NCBI GenBank assembly: GCA_963754015.1
Contig: CAVWEG010000005.1
Coordinates: 215,206 to 279,205, forward strand
Direction of reading: 5' to 3'
DNA: 64,000 bases
Origin: Candidatus Dormiibacterota bacterium
GTDB taxonomy: Bacteria > Chloroflexota > Dormibacteria > Aeolococcales > Aeolococcaceae
This document shows positions 42,678-48,923 of this stretch, in pieces. The notes beneath the pieces are model-generated. The model saw only the letters and a program-made list of their open reading frames with translations. It made no database searches and had not been told where the DNA came from. The position numbers and the translations under genes are program-made. Positions within the stretch are counted from its first letter, which is position 1; each line of letters begins with the position of its first letter.

Positions 42678-45600
42678 ATGGCCACCGCGGCGCCCCATGT
42701 CAAGCTACTGCGACAGCTTGCCAGCGCCAAAGATGATTATCTGAGTGGCGCGTTCGATATTTCCTGGGACGGCGCGAAAGCGACGCTGTACCTGGTCTTC
42801 GGGCGCCCAAGCCACGCTGTCTTCGATTCGGATCAAGCGCAGATCGAAGGGGAAGCAGCGATCGACGCGCTGCTTGCCGAACTGCCGAGAACGTTTGCCG
42901 TCTCCGACTGGAGACGCGCGATGTCGCCGCAGGAGACACTGTCGATCAGCATCGACGAGCTGGCAGGTCCCTTCGTTCGCCTTGCAGGTTCGTACGCGGA
43001 CGATCCGGTCAGCGAAGAGACCCCCGAGTGGTGGACCGCCGATGACAGTTCCCCGGATCTCGCCTTTGGTCTCAGCGACTTCCCACTCCTCCCGGGTGGT
43101 CGTCCGCTGTGGGCCGAGACATCTCCCGAAAACGTCAACCTCGCCGAACGTCTCGCTGAACTGCCGCCGTCGATCCTGATTCTCACTGGCGCGAAGCTGC
43201 GTGCTGCAGCGGTCGTCAGTGGCGGTGACCTGATCGACGCCGTCTGGATCGATGACGAGGATCAAGCCCGCGGCGAGGCTGCGGGCATGGCGTTGCTCGG
43301 TGCCACCAAAGGCTCGCTTGCCGGGTACGCCCTCGACGATCCCCGAGTTGCCGAGGCGTTGACGATGCTCTGGCGTCTTCCAGTCGCGGTCAAGGGCATC
43401 GAGATGTCGTGGCTCGACCCCGCGTCGATGCTTGCCGCGTTCCGCGCCGACGGCCTCGACCGTGTGCTCGTCATCGACGGGCCGGTACGGGGCATCGCGC
43501 TGTTCAGCCGTGGCGGCCTCGTCGCCGTGTACTCGGAGACGCAGCGATCCGCTGTCGCCTCTCCGGAGCGCCTGCGATCGCTCCTCTCGCAGGCGCGCGG
43601 GCGCTTGACCGTCATGGAGCGCAAGCCGCGCCCCGTTGCCGCAGCGGCCGCACATACCGCGCCGAGCGCCACCGACTTCTTCGGTGTCGAAGCACCCGAG
43701 GCGCCGGCCGAGGTTGCGACGAGCGATACCGACGACGCCGCCGGCGAGTCCGGTGCTGTGGCCGATACGACCGACAGCGCGGAGACCGCGACGGTGGAGG
43801 CTGAGGCCGCGACGGGCGAGGCTGAGACCGAAACCGGCGAGGCTGAGACCGAAACCGGCGAGGCTGAGACCGCGACGGGCGAGGCGGACACAACCGAGAG
43901 CGAAACCGAGACAGACACGGCTGCAACCGCCGAGCAGGCCCCTGAAGGCACCGCGAGCGAGGGGCCTGCGGCGGAACCCGTCCATGACAGCGAACCGAGC
44001 ACAACGCCGGAGGACGCGTTCGAGACCGTGGCGGCCGCTGCCGTTGATGAGCAGGCGCACGCGGACGGTGTCGCCGACGGATCGGAGCCACCACCTCCGC
44101 CGCCGCCGGATGCCGAGCACGAGCTGTCTGCGCTTGACTCGGACTTCGCTGCATCGGCCGAGCACGCGCCTCCGCCGCCCGAGGAGGACATGGCGGCATC
44201 GGCCGAGCACGCGCCTCCGCCGCCCGACGAGGACATCGCGGCATCTGTCGAGCATTCGCCTCCTCCACCCGCGCCTGACACCCCCGCAGCGCCAGACGTC
44301 AGCACCAAGCGCCCCTGGTGGGCCTTCGGTTCGAGGAAGAAGAAGGACAAGGGCGCCTCGACGGCCACCGCATCCTCTGCGACATCGCCGGAGTCGATCG
44401 CGGCGGCAGCAGCGGCTGCACACGAAGCCGAAGATGCAGCGGAGTTCGCCGGCTGGAGCGTCCGGCAGCAGAGCCCCGAACCGCAACCGGTCTGGCTTCG
44501 CCCGCGCGACGTTGCCGAGGCAACGGACGATGTCCTCTCAGACAGCGAACCGCCGCCGCCCGCCGCTGATCCCGAAGCGGAGGCACCCGCAGCTGATCCT
44601 GACGCGGAGGCACCCGCCGCTCATCCGGTAGCGGAAGCCGCAGCCGGCGAGACCGACACGGAAACCCCAGCAAGCGACGTTGAAGAGCCCGCTGCACCCG
44701 CGTCGACCTGGTCGGTGGTCGAGCCTGGGACCACCACGCTCCGAGCGGTCTCGTGGCCCTCGACATCATCTAACCCCGATGGCGCGACCGCTGATGAAGC
44801 CGGTGCTGCTGAACCTTCGACAGAACCCCAGACCGAGACCGCTGCCACGCAGGGGTGGTCCGCGCGCGACGCGTTCGCTGACTCATCTGGTTGGCATCAA
44901 CCCGCCGAAACGGTGCATCGCGAAGACGAGGCAGACGCCGCCCCCGAAGAGGCGCATGCGGTTGAAGCCGGCGGTGCACACGACGAGGCGCCTGCGCATG
45001 ACGCCGATGCCGCGCATGACGAAGGCAGCGAGGCAGCGCAGGCAGGCACCGATGAGACCGCGCACGAGACCGACGGCGACCACGAGGTGGCTGCTGAGGT
45101 CAACCACTCGGTGTCGACGTGGTTCCAGCCTGAGCATGCAACCGCAAGCGACACCGAACTGGCTGCCTCCGTGGAGGACGAGCCTGCGGACGTGACGGAA
45201 CACGATTCCTCGGCGGAAGCAGAGCCCACGCATGACTTCTGGGCAGAGTTCGCGTCGCCCGATCCCGACGCCCATGCGGACACTGGTGAAGCCGAGCCTG
45301 ACGCTCACGCCGGAACCGTGGCCGATGCCGACCCTGACGCACCCGGCGTCGAAGCACAGCCAACCGAAGAGCCGGCTTTCGTCGACCATTCCGATCTCTT
45401 CGCGCGCAAGCCGTCTGAGCGCACCTCTGCTCCATGGAGCTGGCCGCTTGCGGAAGCCGATATCGCGCCGGCCCCGGAATCGCACCCGAGTCCCGCGCCT
45501 GTCGATGAGACGCCAGAGCCGGCCACGACATCGGCCGAGACCCCGGGCGAATCCGACGACTGGGAGCCCGTGTTCGAAGGCGCCGGCGATCAGAGCTTCT

Positions 45601-45869
45601 TCCAGCGCGACGAGCCCGTCGGCTCGCAGTTCGTCGATTTCGACGAGGTGAGAACAGAGCTGGTCCAGATCGGCATCGTCTGGCTCGGTGAGACCAACGC
45701 AGTCCCTGTGACGGCGCTCCTCCGCAAGACACGGTCGACAATCGACGATTTCGTCGCCACCATCGACACGATCCGCGGCCTGCACCTCGAAGGCCAGGAC
45801 CCGGCATCGGTCCAGGCGATGGCACGCGAGATGCATCAGCAGGCTGCCGAGCGGCTGTGCGGAGCGTGA
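42678..45869 (+). CDS. 1,063-aa extremely acidic repeat protein: N-terminal DUF4388/Roadblock-like region, acidic disordered middle of about 630 aa, C-terminal helical domain of about 100 aa
   Basis: MATAAPHVKLLRQLASAKDDYLSGAFDISWDGAKATLYLVFGRPSHAVFDSDQAQIEGEAAIDALL... followed by E/D/T/A/P-rich tandem repeats and a single basic island KRPWWAFGSRKKKDKG. It ends ...VRTELVQIGIVWLGETNAVPVTALLRKTRSTIDDFVATIDTIRGLH. Confidence 0.75.
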   Translation: MATAAPHVKLLRQLASAKDDYLSGAFDISWDGAKATLYLVFGRPSHAVFDSDQAQIEGEAAIDALLAELPRTFAVSDWRRAMSPQETLSISIDELAGPFVRLAGSYADDPVSEETPEWWTADDSSPDLAFGLSDFPLLPGGRPLWAETSPENVNLAERLAELPPSILILTGAKLRAAAVVSGGDLIDAVWIDDEDQARGEAAGMALLGATKGSLAGYALDDPRVAEALTMLWRLPVAVKGIEMSWLDPASMLAAFRADGLDRVLVIDGPVRGIALFSRGGLVAVYSETQRSAVASPERLRSLLSQARGRLTVMERKPRPVAAAAAHTAPSATDFFGVEAPEAPAEVATSDTDDAAGESGAVADTTDSAETATVEAEAATGEAETETGEAETETGEAETATGEADTTESETETDTAATAEQAPEGTASEGPAAEPVHDSEPSTTPEDAFETVAAAAVDEQAHADGVADGSEPPPPPPPDAEHELSALDSDFAASAEHAPPPPEEDMAASAEHAPPPPDEDIAASVEHSPPPPAPDTPAAPDVSTKRPWWAFGSRKKKDKGASTATASSATSPESIAAAAAAAHEAEDAAEFAGWSVRQQSPEPQPVWLRPRDVAEATDDVLSDSEPPPPAADPEAEAPAADPDAEAPAAHPVAEAAAGETDTETPASDVEEPAAPASTWSVVEPGTTTLRAVSWPSTSSNPDGATADEAGAAEPSTEPQTETAATQGWSARDAFADSSGWHQPAETVHREDEADAAPEEAHAVEAGGAHDEAPAHDADAAHDEGSEAAQAGTDETAHETDGDHEVAAEVNHSVSTWFQPEHATASDTELAASVEDEPADVTEHDSSAEAEPTHDFWAEFASPDPDAHADTGEAEPDAHAGTVADADPDAPGVEAQPTEEPAFVDHSDLFARKPSERTSAPWSWPLAEADIAPAPESHPSPAPVDETPEPATTSAETPGESDDWEPVFEGAGDQSFFQRDEPVGSQFVDFDEVRTELVQIGIVWLGETNAVPVTALLRKTRSTIDDFVATIDTIRGLHLEGQDPASVQAMAREMHQQAAERLCGA
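43797..43901 (+). repeat. in-frame 21-nt tandem repeat x4-5 (GEAETET heptads)
   Basis: Units at 43797, 43818, 43839, 43860 and 43881. Units 2 and 3 are identical (GAGGCTGAGACCGAAACCGGC). Confidence 0.9.
44151..44279 (+). repeat. in-frame 45-nt tandem repeat x3 (ASAEHAPPPPEEDMA)
   Basis: 44151-44195 and 44196-44240 differ at 2 of 45 nt. The third copy (44241-44279) is degenerate. Confidence 0.9.
44565..44645 (+). repeat. in-frame 27-nt tandem repeat x3 (ADPEAEAPA)
   Basis: GCTGATCCCGAAGCGGAGGCACCCGCA / GCTGATCCTGACGCGGAGGCACCCGCC / GCTCATCCGGTAGCGGAAGCCGCAGCC. Confidence 0.85.
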
Positions 45870-45873
45870 CCCG

Positions 45874-46329
45874 GTGAGCAACCAGCTGGTGAGCTGGATC
45901 CAGAATCACTCCGTATTGATCCTGGCCGGTCTCGCCGTCGTCGAGGGCGTCATCAGCCTCTCGCTCCTCCGGATGGCCCGGCACGCTCGCCATGAGATGA
46001 AGGCCGCTCAGGCTGCCGCCATCGAAGCAGCACGCGCCGCGGCAATGGCCGCCCCCGGCGCGATCGATCCCGAAGCCGTGCTCGCGCTGCTGCGTCAGGG
46101 ACACGCCCCGACGCTCGACAACGTCTACGCGATGATGCGACGGCGCGAGGCGGAGTCGGCAGACCTGGCTGAGACCCAGGCGGCCGCCCCGGCAGCGATA
46201 CCGGCTGCCGCGCCGACGACGACGAGGCCCGGATCGCCCAAGGCCGCACAGGGGGCGACCCCCGTGGCAGCGCCCACGTCGCTCAGCAGTTCCGAAGTCG
46301 AAGAGCGCCTGCGCCAGTACGAGCGCTGA
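45874..46329 (+). CDS. small single-TM protein, Ala-rich (151 aa)
   Basis: GTG start 4 nt after the stop of the acidic protein. N-terminal TM segment VLILAGLAVVEGVISLSLL. No motif recognised. Confidence 0.45.
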   Translation: MSNQLVSWIQNHSVLILAGLAVVEGVISLSLLRMARHARHEMKAAQAAAIEAARAAAMAAPGAIDPEAVLALLRQGHAPTLDNVYAMMRRREAESADLAETQAAAPAAIPAAAPTTTRPGSPKAAQGATPVAAPTSLSSSEVEERLRQYER

Positions 46330-46335
46330 CCAACG

Positions 46336-46974
46336 CTAGCGCTTGAACTTTCTCCGCTCGAGCGAGGCGGGCCGGCCCCGCCCGCACGCCTCGGCGGCTG
46401 CGAGAAATGCCATGGCGACCGCGTCCTCACGGAGATGCGCGATCGCGTCCTCGGTCCGATGCAGCACGGCGACACTGTTGCGGATCGTCCAGCCGGAGCG
46501 ACCCGAGACGGTTGGCGGCAGCAGTGCATCCCCGGGTGTGCGCACCGACCAGCTCCGCGGTGGCGCTGAGGGCGTAGCGCTCGAGCGCACCGAGTACGGC
46601 CGCGCAGCCTCGGCAACCGCGCCGGGGCGCTGGACCTCGACGAAGAACGTGTCGGCGTCGGGGCCCGTGGTGGGCGCGACGGGCCAGAGCACTTCGGGTG
46701 CAGGCGCAGGCGCCGGCTCGGTGTACTTGGCGCCCGCAAGGGCGAAGAGCGCTGCGGCGAGGTCTTCGCCGGAGTCGAAGGCACTCCCCTCTCCGAACCA
46801 TTCCTCGTCCGGTACCTGGGCTCCTCCGTTGGATGCCACGGTCTCGGCACTTATCACAGTGAGGAGATCGTACCCGTCCGAGTTAACAACTCGTGGATGC
46901 TTCGAACGCTCGCGGAATCGAACGTGTATCGAAGCGGTTGCTCCTGAAAGATCGTCAAGCGTCAGCGCACACAA
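46336..46974 (-). CDS. hypothetical protein (212 aa as read; middle part may be frame-disturbed)
   Basis: Protein-like N- and C-terminal segments (DGYDLLTVISAETVAS...; GWTIRNSVAVLHRTEDAIAHLREDAVAMAFLAAAEA) surround a low-complexity stretch. It diverges from cpaF-1. Confidence 0.35.
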   Translation of the reverse strand: MCALTLDDLSGATASIHVRFRERSKHPRVVNSDGYDLLTVISAETVASNGGAQVPDEEWFGEGSAFDSGEDLAAALFALAGAKYTEPAPAPAPEVLWPVAPTTGPDADTFFVEVQRPGAVAEAARPYSVRSSATPSAPPRSWSVRTPGDALLPPTVSGRSGWTIRNSVAVLHRTEDAIAHLREDAVAMAFLAAAEACGRGRPASLERRKFKR

Positions 46975-47033
46975 TCGGCGCGGAACCGCTATCTGACCGA
47001 AGTCCTCTGACTGAATCCAAGGAGCACCCTCAC

Positions 47034-48203
47034 GTGAGCATGGCAGCCGTCCCGCACAAGCTCGACACCCGGTACCTCGAGGCCCTCGGCCCGCTGCGTC
47101 CGCTCGTCGATGACGACAGCCTCACCGAGATCATGGTCAACGGACCGGAGATGGTCTACGTCGAGCGCAAGGGCAAGATTCTCCTCACCGACATCCGTTT
47201 CGACGATGAAGCTCACCTCATGCGGGTGATCGACACCATCGGCGCGGCAGTCGGCCGGCGCATCGACTCGCGCACACCACTGATGGATGCGCGCCTGCTT
47301 GACGGATCGCGCGTCAACGCGGCCATTCCGCCGGTCGCGCTCGACGGTCCGATTCTCACGATTCGAAAGTTCAGCAAGGATCCGTATCAGGTTTCCGACC
47401 TCATCGGCTTCGGCACGATGACGCAGGAGGCCGCCGCCTTCATCCAGGCTTGCGTGCTCGCTCGCGCGAACATCCTCGTCTCGGGTGGAACCGGTACCGG
47501 TAAGACGACACTGCTCAACGTGTGCTCGGGATTCATCCCCATCGACGAGCGCATCGTCACCATCGAGGATGCGGCTGAGCTGCAGCTGCACCAGGAACAT
47601 GTCTGCCGTCTTGAAGCGCGTCCCGCGGACGTCAACGGCGAAGGCCGTATCGCGATTCGCGAGTTGGTCATCAACTCGTTGCGTATGCGGCCGGACCGCA
47701 TCGTCGTCGGAGAGTGCCGTGGTGGTGAGGCGCTGGACATGCTCCAGGCCATGAACACCGGCCACGATGGCTCGCTGACCACCATCCATGCAAACAGCCC
47801 GCGCGAGACTCTGTCGAGGCTCGAGACCCTGGTCCTCATGGCCGGACTCGACTTGCCGCTGAAGGCGATTCGGCAGCAGATCGCAGGCGCGATCAACCTG
47901 ATCATCCAGCTCAACCGTCTCAAGGACGGATCGCGCAAGGTCGTCTCCATCACCGAAGTGATCGGTATGGAAGGCGAGATGATCACCGTGCAGGAGATCT
48001 TCAAGTTCGAATCGCGCGGCGCCGATCCGTCGACTGGAAAGATCATCGGCGACTTCGAGCCGACCGGTATCCGTCCGCGGATCATCGACAGGCTGTTCGA
48101 CATGGGCATCCCGCTGCCGCCGCGTCTGGCGCAGATCTTCCCGGACCGTCGCCAGGTTGGCGTCGCGGCCGAGAAGAACGGCCACCTCAGCGGCGTCGCT
48201 TAA
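47034..48203 (+). CDS. cpaF: CpaF/TadA-family secretion ATPase, short form (389 aa, no N-terminal helical-bundle domain)
   Basis: LTEIMVNGPEMVYVERKGK, Walker A SGGTGTGKTTLLN, TIEDAAELQL, RIVVGECRGGEALDMLQAMNTGHDGSLTTIHAN. GTG 47034 lies 9 nt after AAGGAG. Confidence 0.92.
   Translation: MSMAAVPHKLDTRYLEALGPLRPLVDDDSLTEIMVNGPEMVYVERKGKILLTDIRFDDEAHLMRVIDTIGAAVGRRIDSRTPLMDARLLDGSRVNAAIPPVALDGPILTIRKFSKDPYQVSDLIGFGTMTQEAAAFIQACVLARANILVSGGTGTGKTTLLNVCSGFIPIDERIVTIEDAAELQLHQEHVCRLEARPADVNGEGRIAIRELVINSLRMRPDRIVVGECRGGEALDMLQAMNTGHDGSLTTIHANSPRETLSRLETLVLMAGLDLPLKAIRQQIAGAINLIIQLNRLKDGSRKVVSITEVIGMEGEMITVQEIFKFESRGADPSTGKIIGDFEPTGIRPRIIDRLFDMGIPLPPRLAQIFPDRRQVGVAAEKNGHLSGVA
47665..47796 (+). repeat. 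arm 1 of an inverted near-identical segment shared by the two cpaF paralogs
   Basis: 47665-47722 is a perfect 58-nt match to the reverse complement of 49379-49436. Over 132 nt there are 8 mismatches (hand alignment). Confidence 0.85.
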
Positions 48204-48254
48204 ACCTCTCCGACAAGAGAACGTAAGCCGGCTGCCAGCCGAACAGGAGTTGTG

Positions 48255-48877
48255 ATGCGACCGAAAACGTGGCGCGCGCTCGTTCCATGCGCGGCCCTGA
48301 TCACGTTGCCGTTGCTCGCTTCGTGCGGCGCGCCGGCAAGGCCGGCCGTCGCGAACGTCGCTTCAGCGCCGAAAACCGCTCGCTACCGACGCCAACGCCA
48401 ACACCAACACCGGTTCCGGCGCCGCAGATCGGCGACGCGCTGCGTCATCGGCACGTGGACGGTCGTCAAAGCAACCCTCGCGATACCGATCCAGACGAAG
48501 GAGGGCAAGGTCGTCACGGTCAACGCCGTGGGTGGCGCCGGCATGGTCGAGCACCTCTACCCGCAACGGGACGGCCGTGCAGGACCTTGTCGAGCACGCC
48601 AATCACCGGCTCGAGCCAGGGATATCACGTCGTGATGCAGGTTTCGAGTGGCACGATGCGCTCGCCTGTGGTGTTCATGAACGGCTACGAGACCCTCGAG
48701 CCGATCGACGTCTCCGGCGCTCGCTCGACGTGTCATCAACGGCGGCCGCACCCAAGGTTGTGCCGATTGCGACCTATGGCGTCTACTGCGTACACCTGCG
48801 ACGCAACGCACGCTCACCGAGAACGACCAGAACGGCACGGTGTACACGTACTCGCGGACTTCGTCACGACACCGTAG
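48255..48877 (+). pseudogene. decayed lipoprotein gene (several frame changes)
   Basis: AGGAG Shine-Dalgarno and an ATG, with the lipobox signal peptide MRPKTWRALVPCAALITLPLLASCG. Protein-like pieces then jump between all three frames (PTPTPTPTPVPAPQIGDA; CVIGTWTVVKATLAIPIQTKEGKVVTVNAVGGAGMVEHLYP; NGTAVQDLVEHANH; GYHVVMQVSSGTMRSPVVFMNGYETLEPIDVSGA; LTENDQNGTVYTYSR). Confidence 0.65.
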
Positions 48878-48923
48878 CGTTCCCGCTGCTTTGGTGCAGC
48901 GTCGACCTCGACCGGATTCGCGC

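Noticed and set aside
42659-42679. ATG 42679 as the start of the second ParA-like gene, which would overlap the start codon of the divergent gene as CATG
   Set aside because: The seven extra codons include TGC GGA TAT TCT, which are atypical for this GC3-rich genome. GTG 42658 gives the usual short ParA N-terminus. It is kept as an alternative in the relevant finding.
39731-42700. Canonical parS (TGTTNCACGTGAAACA-like) near the parA/ParB-like genes
   Set aside because: No such palindrome was seen by eye. The only GTGAAACA-type half-site noticed is at about 56215 inside an ABC permease gene and is not palindromic. A proper pattern search is still needed.
43797-44645. Tandem repeats considered as a CRISPR-like or other non-coding array
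   Set aside because: The units are 21, 45 and 27 nt, contiguous without spacers, all multiples of three, and in frame within a long ORF. They are coding low-complexity repeats.
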